A stretch of 63,650 nucleotides of DNA, counting the filler, from Salisapilia sapeloensis CBS 127946 (taxonomy: Eukaryota > Protista > Oomycota): NCBI GenBank assembly GCA_023334545.1. It is 8 parts of 8 records of this genome, joined end to end, with 100 filler letters (N's around TTAATTAATTAA, not from the genome) between each part and the next. Parts side by side here need not be neighbours in the genome. Positions count along the whole stretch, not along the records: positions 43,504 to 56,340 come from JAADVB010000404.1; positions 56,441 to 59,252 come from JAADVB010000836.1; positions 59,353 to 63,650 come from JAADVB010000679.1; 5 more parts are not named here. One strand, given 5' to 3'. Position numbers and translations under genes: made by a program. The number at the start of each line of letters is the position of its first letter. The stretch's first letter is position 1. The notes below the pieces were generated by a model, which had not been told where the DNA came from, searched no databases, and worked only from the letters and a program-made list of their open reading frames with translations. Of this stretch, positions 48,057 through 60,779 are shown in pieces.

Positions 48057-48849
48057 TTATTGCTCTTCCTGCTCCTGCACGAGCTCTCGCGCGTTCTCGA
48101 CAAAGAAGTCCTTGTCAAAGGTCTCGATCGCACGCGTGTCGCCGGAGAAACTGCCTTGGTAGGTTACCAGAAGTTGTCGATCGTTCTTCCTCGCCAACGA
48201 CTTGAGCACTTTCATCTCCTTTTCGTCTGAAAGATACCCTTCTTTCTTGAGCGCATGGAGCACACGCAAGATTTCAGCACCTTCCACTTCATCACTCGCG
48301 GTTTCGACCATGGCTGGCGTGCCCTCGAGCTCGGCCTGGTACCCTTTGAGTGCCTCTGGATTCGCCGTAAGTGCGAGCTGGAACGCCTGGATGTCCTCTT
48401 CCTTTGGCACGATCACTGCGAGCGTCTGACTTGGCGGCACATCCGTCGCTCCAGTCGCCACTACGAGCTTGGCAATATACCCTTCGTCACCAGCGTCTAG
48501 CGTGAAGACCAAGTCCGGCGTGTCGATCTATCTCCGACTAAGTCTCTCTATAAGTGATATAAAACAGATAAAAGCTACCTCACACATGTTGTCGCCATCT
48601 CGGACATAATCTCCCTCCTTTACAAACCACTTTGTGAGCGTCGCCTTCTCCATGGTCGAGTCCACGATGTCCTATCGCGGTCATCAGACTCGATTTCAAA
48701 ATCTAGTATCTACCACTCCTCCATACATCAAAGTCCAAGTTCGGTAGCCGGAACTTGATATGTTCTGGCAATGTCGTATCTTGGCTAGCAAAGGTCCGTG
48801 CGAAAGGCACCGGTCTCGCCGTCGCTAGCCGTCGTAGAGTCCGTAGCAT
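48057..48849 (-). CDS. Mitochondrially targeted stand-alone lipoyl/biotinyl-like domain protein with an unknown C-terminal domain (2 introns)
   Basis: MLRTLRRLATARPVPFARTFA transit peptide. Spliced sequence LPEHIKFRLPNLDF|DDIVDSTMEKATLTKWFVKEGDYVRDGDNMCE|IDTPDLVFTLDAGDEGYIAKL. Confidence 0.75.
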
Positions 48850-48989
48850 CTCTCGAGTCCGTCCGTACCGCGTGTGTACCCTGCCGTATCAAAGTGGGAC
48901 AGGTTCCAAATGTGTGTATTAAATAGAGAAAGAGTGAGAACCAACCAAGTCGTTCTCCATTCTATCGCGTCGAGCAGAACGGAAGTTAG

Positions 48990-49421
<432 letters not shown>

Positions 49422-49641
49422 GCGGATATTTCCTCGATTCGACGGTAAAGCATTCGTCGTATCTGCCCGAGCTCTTCCCGTTCGTCCTCATGGAGGGAGG
49501 GAGGTAACTTTGTCAAATCTACAGCCTTTGGGTCCACTTGGTTGCCCACTCCTTTCATTCGTTTTTCTTCTTTTTCTTATTTTCCATTCGTTTCAATTAA
49601 TATTTCTTTTGGTTATTTATATTTATATTTATATTTGTTTC

Positions 49642-51440
49642 ATGTACGAAGACGATTCGTTCATTGCTGCCTCCGAGGTCGATAGTGATGTCGATGGATA
49701 TGGACAGAGTGATCGTGCAGAGGAAGTTGATGAGGTAGACGAAGACGACGAGTATAGTGATGAGTTCGACGCGGAAGAGTCTAAGCAGTCGCCCACGCAA
49801 GTCTACTCGGACGATTATGAAGCTTCGAAACCTTCGTCTGCGCCAGACTACTCGGATGACTATGAGGAAGAGGAAGAAGCGACAGTAGAGAACGTTCGTA
49901 GACCCTCGGATCATCCTAGTCCCCATCCTCCTGCGTCTATAAACCCTACGAATGTCCCTCAGCCTCCGACTGTCCACACGGATATGGATATTCGTCCACC
50001 AGCAAGCTTGTCTGTCCTATTGCGGCAGATGGAGAGTCGGTATGTAGATGAAGTGGAAGAGCTTAGGGAACAGAATGCACACTTGTCTTGGCGAGAGAGA
50101 GAGCTTAAGGCTGAGCTACGTCGACGGCGAGATGACTCGAAGCTTCGGAAGGCGCATCTGTACAAGAAGCGGCAACGAGCGGAAGAACGACGGAAGGAGC
50201 ATGCGCAGACCATGACGAGGTTACAACGAGACTTGGCGGCAGTGGATGCTAGTCGGACTGCCTTGACGAAAGAGTGTCGGCAGCTACAAGACACCATCCA
50301 TACGCTCCATGAAAGTCTATCGAGAGTACATGACGAGAAGAGGGTTGTGGAGGAAAGAAACTTGGAACTAGCAGAGAAGCTCCAGACGACATTAAACGAC
50401 TTCCATGCGCTTAATCTCAAGTACGAGGGTGCTATCAGCGGCAAGATGGACGCTGAGAAGCGGATCGCAGAATTACAGAGCTCCCATGCCATCGAACTAG
50501 AGGTTGCAGCTCACAAACATCGTATCGACATGGAGCATATACAGGTAAGAGCATCTGTGTTATCGCTACGAACGATGGTGTCCTCATGGTCTGCTGGTAG
50601 AACGAGATGAACAAGGCAGCACAGGCGTTGGAAGAGGAACGGAAGACGCTTCCGGAAACCTATCGACTACATCTAGAGAATGAAAAGCAGAGGTATGAAG
50701 GTCTCGAGACGGCATTGCACCGGCAGATGCGAGATGTCGAGAGTGCTTGTGCAAAGGAGATTGAAAAGCACCAAAAGGAAGTAGCTCATGCGACTGCCTT
50801 GCAGCGGGAAAGTGAAGAGAAGGCGGCAGCAAGAGTCGAGCAAGAATTGAGCAAGGTAAGCTCTTCCATTCCAACTCTCTTTTGGACACTCGTCACCTCG
50901 TGCTAGATCAGTCGAGAGCGTGAAGCTGTGGATGAACAGCGTCGCGACCTCGTGGTGTTCATGGCTAAAGCGAACGCTCGTGTAGATGATGAACGAGGAA
51001 AGTTGGAGGCTCTCCGTCGTCAAGTGGACGCCAAGCACCACAAAGTCATCGAGACACAAGCGCAGCTAGATGTACGAGCATCATCCCTCGATGAACGCCA
51101 GCAGAGACTCGAAGAAGACGAACGCGTCGTGGAGAAACGCCGGTCGGAAGTTACCTCGTTAAGTCGCGAGACACTGGTGCAGACGAGTGCACTAGCCAAA
51201 AAGGTAGAAGCAGCGTCCAGTGTCCAGCAAGAGCTCGAAGCCCTCCGATCAGCTCATGAAGCGATGAAGGCCAAGGTAGCGGCAAGTGAACAGCACGAGA
51301 CTGAGCTAGCAGCATACAAGCGTACGCTAGCCAAGGCAGCAGAGCAGCTGCAGCAGGAGCGTCTCGTACTCGCTCGTCAACGTGCAGTCACGGCGTATCA
51401 ACAAAAGATCAAGGAAGGCATGCAAGTAGGTATAAGTTGA
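49642..51440 (+). CDS. Hypothetical long coiled-coil protein with acidic N-terminus (multi-exon; last exon may extend to 51564)
   Basis: ORFs 49642-50544, 50607-50856 and 50928-51440 are separated by short GT-AG gaps and show heptad/E-K-R-rich composition. Confidence 0.7.
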
Positions 51441-51535
51441 CGAATTTAAAGCATCTTTCATCCATTTACAAACAAAAACGTACTCTCAGCTTCCTAGAAG
51501 CGTAACACTCGAGTACACCTGGCGTCATCCAGAGG

Positions 51536-53233
51536 TTACTCGTCTGCTCCCCATCGAAAGTTAAAAAGACCGCCAAGGAACGACTGGCGACCTCCAGTCG
51601 ATGACTCTCGTCTCGATTTCCTCGTCACCACCTCTGCTTCCGGATCAGCAGGCGAGTTACTCGTGGTGTTTTCCTTATTCTCCACTTCTGTCGCCTCAAC
51701 CTGGGACACGTGACTACTCTCCGACCGCAATTTATCTTTCTCCAAGTAGCCTAGATCCAGCGGTTTCTCTCGGAACATGGACATTCGTTCCTGAGTTACC
51801 ACATCAGTCTTTTTCTCGTCAAAGGAAGTGGACGCATCTAGCTTGTCGGCACTCGATCGCGGCGTCCAGTGACGTCGGAAGAGCGTCCGGCGGGGCGTCG
51901 CGACGGCCTCGCTCAGTACATCTCGCTGACTACTATGATGCGCCATGCGTGGCGTGTGGGAGAAACCAAAGATATTACGACGAGAACTACTTCTGGACTG
52001 GGCAAAGCTACTACGAGAGTGGCGGCCGGCGACGGACCGTGTCGAGGCAGACGACTGCATCGACAGATTCGACTGGGCCGACGCGCTCGAGTATGCCGAT
52101 GGCGTGTCTGGATTTCCATTACTGTTGTAGTACATGTCGACCATCCCCATCTCGTTCTGTCCGACGGTGCTGTTGGAGGTAATAGACGACGCCGAGGCGT
52201 CTGACATGTTGTCGCCATCGTCTGCCGGTGCAGACTTCTGGACGCCCATGTTGCAAATGGAGCACATGCGCACCTTCTTCACATTCGTTCCTGGTATCTC
52301 AACTTCCTTCTGAACACTGCACTTGCCGCAGATGACTTCGCCGCAGCACCGACAGTGGTGCCGCGGGCGAAAAGTACTAAAGGCACGATCGCACACGGCG
52401 CAACTCTGTCGCTCTTCATTCGGCACCCACTGCTTCTTGTCTACGAACGTGCAGGCGTTCAAGTGCTGCTTCTCGATGATCCGACGGATCTGTCGTATGC
52501 TGCTCACGAGCTGACTTTCCGCCGACTTGAACGCCCATTGGGACGGGAAGTAGCCGCACGGATCGAACCTCGCGACGTGGTGGATGCGCACGAGACTCGG
52601 CTCGGCGCGATCGACGCGGTACATGTACCCGACCATGAGATTGGCTCGCACGAGGCCATGGGAGTTCTCGAGAGACGGACACTCCTTGGCCTCGACTGAG
52701 TTGAGCACGCGAATGTACATTTCGTTGCCAAAGGTGTCGACGATCTTGTCCTGCACCTCCAAGCAGCAATAGTCTCGATGGGACACGAGCGGCGTCGGTG
52801 TCTTCACGGCGAACCACTTAAGGCCAATGTACCGGAACGGCGTGTACGGTGTCCGCGGGACGATGGTGCGGAGGACAGCGGCATCCATGACACCCGGGAT
52901 GAGCTTTTTCGTCAGTCGCCGGAACAAGGTGTCATCGTGCGCGGCGTACGCTCGTCCGATCTCTTCGAGCGACGCGTGGAACTGGGATTTGCACCCGACT
53001 TCCGCGATGTTGCAAGTATGCGCGGCCGTCCCGCGCGACTGGGTGCAGTTCCGGTAGACGGCGACGCCCTTCTTTTCATGCACTGGTACCCAGCTATTCT
53101 TATGACTGTCACTTAAAGCAAAGACTTTTCGTATAGAGGACTCGGCGAACTCAATGTACTGCCTTCGGACATCATCCGAGAGTCGTGTGTTCGTATCAAA
53201 GTAGTTTGGCGGAAGAGGAAGCGCGGCGGCCAT
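51536..53233 (-). CDS. START-like + FYVE domain protein
   Basis: START-like region (DAAVL..I.P....PFRYIGLKW...RDYCCLE), then WVPNEERQSCAVCDRAF..RPRHHCRCCGEVICGKCS...RMCSIC. Confidence 0.9.
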   Translation of the reverse strand: MAAALPLPPNYFDTNTRLSDDVRRQYIEFAESSIRKVFALSDSHKNSWVPVHEKKGVAVYRNCTQSRGTAAHTCNIAEVGCKSQFHASLEEIGRAYAAHDDTLFRRLTKKLIPGVMDAAVLRTIVPRTPYTPFRYIGLKWFAVKTPTPLVSHRDYCCLEVQDKIVDTFGNEMYIRVLNSVEAKECPSLENSHGLVRANLMVGYMYRVDRAEPSLVRIHHVARFDPCGYFPSQWAFKSAESQLVSSIRQIRRIIEKQHLNACTFVDKKQWVPNEERQSCAVCDRAFSTFRPRHHCRCCGEVICGKCSVQKEVEIPGTNVKKVRMCSICNMGVQKSAPADDGDNMSDASASSITSNSTVGQNEMGMVDMYYNSNGNPDTPSAYSSASAQSNLSMQSSASTRSVAGRHSRSSFAQSRSSSRRNIFGFSHTPRMAHHSSQRDVLSEAVATPRRTLFRRHWTPRSSADKLDASTSFDEKKTDVVTQERMSMFREKPLDLGYLEKDKLRSESSHVSQVEATEVENKENTTSNSPADPEAEVVTRKSRRESSTGGRQSFLGGLFNFRWGADE

Positions 53234-53658
53234 TTTCGTACTCGACTTGAGCAAAAGAAGAAATGCGTTCAGACAAGATAATTATTTCTTTCTTCCGTGC
53301 TGGATTGAAATTTCCACCGGTCGCGTGGCGGCTTGCGTGAGGCGAGGCTGTTTCGACTGTGGCCTAAGGCGTACGTACGTGTACGTGAGTATGTGTGTGC
53401 TGCGTAATGTCAGCGGGTTGGAACGTTAGTCGCGCGATCCAATGATCGACCGCAAGAGACTGGGCGTTTGTATGACGCCTGTCGAGCGGGTATCTGGGGC
53501 GACGATAGCGATTTTGATGAGCATCGCGACGGATGATGGGCGAATAAGCAGGGAATCAAGTAGATAGTGGAGTCATATAAGGAAACAAATAAAAGCAGAC
53601 GAGTACGAGGCATTAGATCGTTTGTGTCATAAGGCACAAGAGGAAGCAAAAAAGATAG

Positions 53659-53731
53659 TTCCCAAACCGGGACTCGAACCCGGGTCGCGTGGGTGAAAGC
53701 CACGTATCCTAACCGCCTAGACTATTTGGGA
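53659..53731 (-). tRNA. tRNA-Glu(TTC)
   Basis: Exact reverse complement of 43505-43577. Confidence 0.95.
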
Positions 53732-55619
53732 TTGCTGATATATCTGTTAATAATAAATATAAAAACGTATAAAATGTAAAAAGAATGAGACGATAAAGTT
53801 TTAATAAATTAGCGGTTATTTCTTTGATTTTGGACTGATTGTATGTTCGGTCGATCTAGCTACTATACGCGAATATATGGGACTTTTTAGCATGTATTTT
53901 GATTTGTAAAGATTTCAATGTAGATAAAAGGCATGGAAATATGTTCATATGGTTTGGGGGTTATAGCAAACAACTCATTATGGAAGAGAATGCGGACAGC
54001 ATGATCTTTGACCTCGTTGCATTCATCCTTAGGAGGCAAAACGCACGTGTCCACTGCGTACCGTATGAAGCCTTTGTAGCCAACTGAGAGAATTAATACT
54101 ATTTGCTCGGTCCACTATCCATCACAGGAGTCCACATCCGTGTTGATTGACCAGAGAATCGGGTCATATGCAAAATATTATAGGCATTATGGAAACACAC
54201 ATGAATGAATTCTAATAGGAACCAATATTTATGTCATTAATGAGTCAGGTTACTACTACGACTCTACTCACCTTTCTATTCCTATCTATCTATATCGTCC
54301 GTTCAACTCTTATGTCTTGGTGGTAGGTAGTGCCGAGCATGTCGTGGCTTCTCGTTGGAAATCATCCAGGTTGAAGTTGCCTTTAATTTACTTGCGCTAT
54401 TGAGCTCTTCGTCATTCTAGTAGGACGGAGTACAATGCGAGTCGCAAATACATCCCAACCATTTCGTCTTGCACTGTACTGTTTCTGCTCCGAAATAATA
54501 GCGAAGGGCTCAATAGCGCAAGTAAAGCGAAGAGCTCACCAAGCCTTTTGCGTGCTTTTTCAAATTTGCACACGTCGAGACCCAAGCATGCCTTGAAGTC
54601 TTCTCGAAGATCATTTCCTCCTGATTGCATGAAAAACGAAGATAGAGATAAACCAAGAAAATAAATTCGCATCTCCATTGGCAGTAAAGGACACTCCCTT
54701 ATGCATTCGATATGATGGGAGAAAGTTGTATTGAAGTGTTTCGTTAGGTTTCCGATGGAAAGTAGCAAAACTAAATCGACCATTCTCAACGAACACAGAG
54801 TTTGCCGATTCGATTATCACAAATAAAAGTACAAAATGTAAATCATCGCTTTGCCGAATCGGTATTCAGCGCAAACGTGACTATATAATCGTAGTGGTGG
54901 CCACTTGATGACCACTGAGACTACCTATACAAAAGAGCGGGGCTCGAATAACATGGCGAAAAGATGGAAGTGTGAAAATGAGAATCTGTCCATTATAAGT
55001 CCATTGACCATTTGTATGAGTAAGTTAAAGTAGACTACATCTCTCTCTTACTACCAACAACTGCATCGGGCACTATATCGACAGTGACTATGGTCGCGTA
55101 TGCTCCCTCGAGGCATACACACGCCGCTTCAAGCATGCTATGGAAATCTCAGCGCTGAGCTTGCGTTTCTAAAACCTCTGCCTATTGAACCAGGCAGAAA
55201 TCAATACAATTGACTTGCTTCCGGACAAATCACGAAAATGTTAATACACATGACTTCATTGTTGTAAGCATTGAATATGGTCTGGCGCATCTCAACAAGT
55301 TCGCTTGATCAGGAAGGAAAATAGAGATATAGAGGCCTATACACCGTACAAGTTGGAGACTGGGTGAATAAGCCATGGACGTAGCAGCTTTTTAAAACTA
55401 GTCTTGTGAAGCGTCATTGAAGAGACGATACGTGGAGGTACATTGTCGTACCAGCTGAAACTCGTGCTGAAGTCATATGCAACATCTATAAGTAGGGTCG
55501 AGGCACAGAGGGTTATCTAAGTGCATACCTACATGCCATGCTTGTCCATCACCTGTGGAGGTTTCCACGCGACTCCTACAACAAAGATTGCCAATGTCTA
55601 GAATTAAAAGAAACAAAAA

Positions 55620-56243
55620 GCTAGATGAGTATACTAAGGCATGGCATGTAGAAGGCGTTTGCAAGATGATTCGTAACGGTGGGATGTGAATAAACAGGGT
55701 AAATATGGCGAGACCCCACTTCATTGGGCTGCTGGCAATGGACACTTAGAAGCGGCAAGGATGCTGGCTGAATGGGGAGCAAATCCGAACGCAAAAAACC
55801 ATGGCGGCAGAAATGTAATGTACCATACCAAAAATGGCGAAGACGCTAGACGCGTTGTTTCTGCTTTGAAGCCATTTACAAGGCTTACGAGAGCCAAGAA
55901 AAGTAAAAAGCGAGAGACTGTGCAAGGCGTCCTACGTCAGTCGATAGCTTAAAGAGATGTGAATGAGATGAAGGCTGGCTACAACGATGTTAAAAAAGCT
56001 GCAGAAGGTAGGGCGGACTCCGAATGGAAACGTGCACTCACTTATACCATGCACTACCATAAAGTCGAAATGCTGTACTGTGCATTTGGTACAAGAAAGG
56101 CGAACGAGAGAGACGCCATTATCGATTGGATCAACGAAAAGAAATGGATTCAAACAGCCAAGTATGAGGGCGGGCCAACGTTAATGCATCGAGCTGTACA
56201 CTCGCAAAATCTGAAGGCACTGGAGCGCATGATATGTTACTGA
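55620..56243 (+). pseudogene. Ankyrin-repeat pseudogene
   Basis: DVNKQGKYGETPLHWAAGNGHLEAARMLAEWGANPN and a later GGPTLMHRAV. Frameshift near 55682 and in-frame TAA at 55950. Confidence 0.6.
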
Positions 56244-56440
56244 GTCGAACCCGAGGAAAGCATCAACAACCATCAAGTAGTCTCCGATTCAGATGAAGTG
56301 AAAGCACTCAAGAGTGATACACGAGACAAGGTCATGGAGANNNNNNNNNNNNNNNNNNNNNNNNNNNNNNNNNNNNNNNNNNNNTTAATTAATTAANNNN
56401 NNNNNNNNNNNNNNNNNNNNNNNNNNNNNNNNNNNNNNNN

Positions 56441-58466
56441 CATCCCCTTTTTGCTTCAGTCCGTTGAGTGAATGGCGAGATATGGCCGACGGTAACCTTA
56501 AGTATGTGCCCAAACAGTAGCCCAATTGATGGAAACTTGTAAATTGTATAAAAAGAACATGTTTTATTGGATTAAACCTATTGCAACGTATTTGGCATAG
56601 CTAGACGATCTCAGTGAGTAGTTAATAGCCCGTCTTTTAGCTTTAATGACCTTGTTACACCTGGAAGACATACTGAGTGTTATGGGCTATTCATTACATG
56701 GGACACAATGTCAATTGCTCCCGACGGTTTCATACGGGCACTTACGAAACGAGGCAGAACTTATGATGCACGCGTCATCATTCCGATTGCTAAAAGCAAT
56801 GTCTTAAAGCTGTTATCAGAAGAAGTCAGAAGAACGTACTACGACATGTGTCACACAACGAGCTACAGGGACATATGGCAGCGCTTGAAGAACAAGCAAA
56901 TAAGAAGCACAAAGGTTCGAAGAGGAGCATTCCATGGGAAGACAGGCAATGACGTAATTGAGCATTTCCCACGACTCACTCCAATAGATTTGATTTTAGT
57001 ATGCATTTTGAGCTAGACGACCTTAGCCAACCAACATGGTAGGACAGAATAGGACATAGTCTAGCATTCTAACATTTTTAATTCAGTTGAAATTTTGCTT
57101 TCTTCTACTCAAGTGCCTTCCTCCTCACCGCCGAGCTTCGGATACCTGTTAGGATCAGCCCGACTGCCTCTATCTTTCCTTCTCCTGGAGATAGAGAAGA
57201 ACCGTGTCCCGTTACGCTGAGTATCAGATTCTTGAAGCAGTCGGTCGGAATGGCTTGCCATTCACAAAGTATGGCTTTTTTAGATCACTGACCGTTTTGT
57301 ACTGTCTATCATTGCGGTAGACACCACTTACTAATTAACTCTGCCCGTGCATTTTCAGCGAGGTTGAGATCAGGGGACAAAGCTGGTCAATCCATTACTT
57401 TAATATAATTATCATCGAATCGTTCTCTCGCCTCACGAGGGAGTGATTCGAGGCGTTGTCCTGCTGAAATGTAAACTCTGTATCGTAGTGTAGATGTGTA
57501 TAGGGTAGAAGATACTTCTTTAGGGTATAAATGTACTGAAGTGACTTCTGGTTACCAACCAGAATGGTTAGGTCAGTGGCATCATAGTAGGAGATGCCAG
57601 CCCATACCATAACCCCGCCACCAATATTCTGGTGAGACTAGTAAGATTCCTCAGCGGTGTCTAGCTTGTGCCAGTAATCCTGGGTACCATCCGGGCCGCC
57701 TAGATTAATTTCTTCTCATTAAAGAAGATGATAGATTTCCATCCTTTCCCTAAAGACGCCATCCGGCATGCCCAGGCCTTGCGCTGGGCCACATAATGTT
57801 TTTTGAGTGTGGGATGTTTCCTACGCTCCATGTAAGTGATGGTAGGCTCTTTTGCGAGCAACGAGAAGACGGTGAGAGCCAAGGCAGGTAAATTTACGGC
57901 AGATACAATAATTGGAGATGACGCGTCATAACTAGTAGCCATTCGAACAATAGATTTCTTGTCTCATTCACTTAATTGTGTTGGTCGTCCATGATGCCGA
58001 TGTGCTCCATACGCACTAGGGTTGCTGAAGAAACGCGAAAACACGTTCCTTGAGCGACCCATCGCTCGCAAAATTGCCGTAGCCATAACCCCTTGTAATT
58101 TGTATGCATCAATCATTCCTCGTTCGCTCTCACTTAGCATTAAACCGCTTCCCGTCTTTCCCTCACCACAAAACTTCTCTATCTACTTAGTTCGGCGTCT
58201 ATATACGTTGCAATAGGTTTAATCCAATAAAACGTGTTCTTTTTATACAATTTACAAGTTTCCATCAATTGGGCTACTGTTTGGGCACATACTTAAGGTT
58301 ACCGTCGGCCATATCTCGCCATTCACTCAACGGACTGAAGCAAAAAGGGGATGTGCATGGCCGCTTGACCGTATAGCACAAGCATGCCGACATAGATGCG
58401 CACAGGAAGCGTCGGGACTAAACAATTTACAAAAGTCGAACTGGGCCACAGTTTTTTCCAGCACTG
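56441..58466 (-). mobile_element. Tc1/mariner (Tc3-like) DNA transposon, non-functional; left end truncated by the linker
   Basis: 56441-56591 is inverted to 58203-58353 with 1 mismatch. The right end reads TA|CAGTGCTGG on the minus strand (TA at 58467-58468). A decayed DDE transposase lies between the TIRs. Confidence 0.85.
57110..58150 (-). pseudogene. Tc3-like transposase pseudogene
   Basis: LSESERGMIDAYKL...GRSRNVFSRF..NPSAYG (Tc3 HTH), IIF.EKK, GPDG, GGGVMVWAGIS, FQQDNA, D*PALSPDLNLAEN. Several stops and frameshifts. Confidence 0.85.
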
Positions 58467-58649
58467 TAGTTAATATCCCTGATTGGCGATTATTGCTTAC
58501 TTCAAGCATCGTTATAGTAAGATATAGGCTATCCTTTCATATATATTAAAGACTTCATACGTATAAAGTAACAATAAGGTTTAATCGCGTGCATTCCTAC
58601 AATAAACTCATGCTATACAGAAGTAGTCGATGAAACAAAAACAAAAATG

Positions 58650-58722
58650 TTCCCACACCGGGACTCGAACCCGGGTCTGCTGGGTGAGAGCCAGCTATCC
58701 TAACCACCTAGACTATATGGGA
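58650..58722 (-). tRNA. tRNA-Glu(CTC)
   Basis: Reverse complement of 59039-59111; anticodon arm GCTGG-CTCTCAC-CCAGC. Confidence 0.95.
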
Positions 58723-59038
58723 TTGACAGAAAGTTATTCTTCATGTAATATTTATAACACATTTATGCATTATCGTATCTTGTTCAGTCGGAGCCTGACT
58801 TCATGATCAAGCCTGGCGTCGCAAACGTACACAAGAGATTGGCATGCCATGGATTGAATTCAAAGCATTTTGAACTAAACACAAGTGCTTAAAATGGGTG
58901 TAAACGCAGGTGCTACTGCTTCCCTCTACATCGTGTGCGTGGTCTTATGTAGCTGTATTTGTGCAGCACACTACTGTAGTTTATTTCCAGCTCCATTTCA
59001 TAACTTTATATAGTATTTAAACTATAACATTTTGTCAA

Positions 59039-59111
59039 TCCCATATAGTCTAGGTGGTTAGGATAGCTGGCTCTCACCCAGCAGACCCGGGTTCGAGTCC
59101 CGGTGTGGGAA
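59039..59111 (+). tRNA. tRNA-Glu(CTC)
   Basis: TCCCATA/TGTGGGA acceptor stem, CTC anticodon, GGTTCGAGTCC T-arm, T5 terminator. Confidence 0.95.
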
Positions 59112-60779
59112 CATTTTTGTTTTGCTCCGGCAAGCATCTACCCTTTCCTCGCCGCCGTGCCATGCGCCACAAGTGGCCACGCCACATAGGCATGCTTTAT
59201 TTATAGCCCTTTAGCTTCTTTTTACTTTAATGGATCCCGTACACAAAGGTAGNNNNNNNNNNNNNNNNNNNNNNNNNNNNNNNNNNNNNNNNNNNNTTAA
59301 TTAATTAANNNNNNNNNNNNNNNNNNNNNNNNNNNNNNNNNNNNNNNNNNNNAACGGCATTCTTCATTCCGGCTTGTCGAGAAAGAGGGCTCGACTCCAA
59401 CTCTAAAGATGGAGACAAAGGTGTTTTCGACGCTATCTTCAACCTATTACTTCTCCATGCACCCGAGCACAGTTACCGATGAAGATCTGCTAATAGATTT
59501 TGCGATTGATAATACAACGAAGCAGCCGGTTAATGATCGAGAAGTTGCCGAGGATGAGGAGGGTGCCGGCATTCCGCTGATGGAGGCCAGTATGATGTTG
59601 TGTAAGGTAGGATACTATGCGTGGTTTGGAGTTTCGATTTCTACTGGCGGAGCAGTGCCACCACCATCTCTTGAATTACTTGGACTATGACAGTCAGCGT
59701 CCCTCTCCAGTCTCATGATTGAGCGCATGTTATTCATTTACCTTTTCCTTTCCGCTTCGCTCGAACGTAGAGAGGAACACCAAATAGTATTCTATTTTTT
59801 CCATGCTTGTTACAATGAATTGCTGCGGTATATCATTGGCTGTGATTGTGCTGAGCTCAGCGAAGTGCAACCAACATAGCTTGCGCAGTTTTAATTTTTA
59901 ATGCGCTTATGAAAGAGAGGACACTGCCATGTACCTGAAGTAAGATCAGTAGCCGCGATAAAAGGAAGAATGGAAATCAAGCATGCTGTTTGATGTAGAG
60001 CTCTCAAGAACACTGGTCTTTGTACAATATCTAGTTGATATGCTTTGTATGAATTTATCCAAAAGTTTATACACTTATCTATATTGTAGTTTCGAAGCAA
60101 ACTACTTTGAAATTTGCATGATCATGCCACAAAAGCTCAATTTGCTTGGAGCAGGATATTGCTGATGAGAATGACACGTTTCTTTCTATCAAGCCTAGTT
60201 CGGCAAGCATACTATGAAAAATTTCTATACGACGGTGTACGAAAGCACCTCACTGCAGCTTTAGGCTAATTATAATGCCGGTCTTACAACGCCTGACATT
60301 TCGGTCAAAACTCGACCTCTTTTTGGAAGTGAGGTACATTCATGTCTACTTATGATGTCTAGTGTCCGTCCACAGTACACGAAAGTCGTATACCGCTCTA
60401 CTGGCCCAATCGTTCGCAAAACGCGCCTACCTATTTTCTAAATTTAGGATCTGTAGGTTAAGTGTCCATGAGGTCGATCCGCTAATTAACTTCAAAGATG
60501 ACTTGGTCTAGAAAATGCACCTCTAGCCTAGTGTACCGTGCATGATTAGGTGAATGCGAGATTAAATGGTGATGCTGCGCTGCCTTTTATACTAGACTGC
60601 GTACTGACTCATTGTGGGTTGACTAAATAGTGATCCAATAAGCAACCTTATATGTGTCCGCGAACTGTCAATACTTCCAATACAAAGCATTACGTGCTTT
60701 CTCATCAATGGTAAACAAGTCGTGTACTGCCACAAACAAGATTTAAGGTCTAAAGCCATATGTATAACTCTACAATTAT

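Noticed and set aside
49608-49636. (TTTATA)n run upstream of the coiled-coil gene
   Set aside because: Short microsatellite-like intergenic tract with nothing further to support a function.
59353-60700. ORF 59409-59690 and following frames
   Set aside because: Could be a gene fragment cut by the linker, but no recognisable domain or reliable exon chain.
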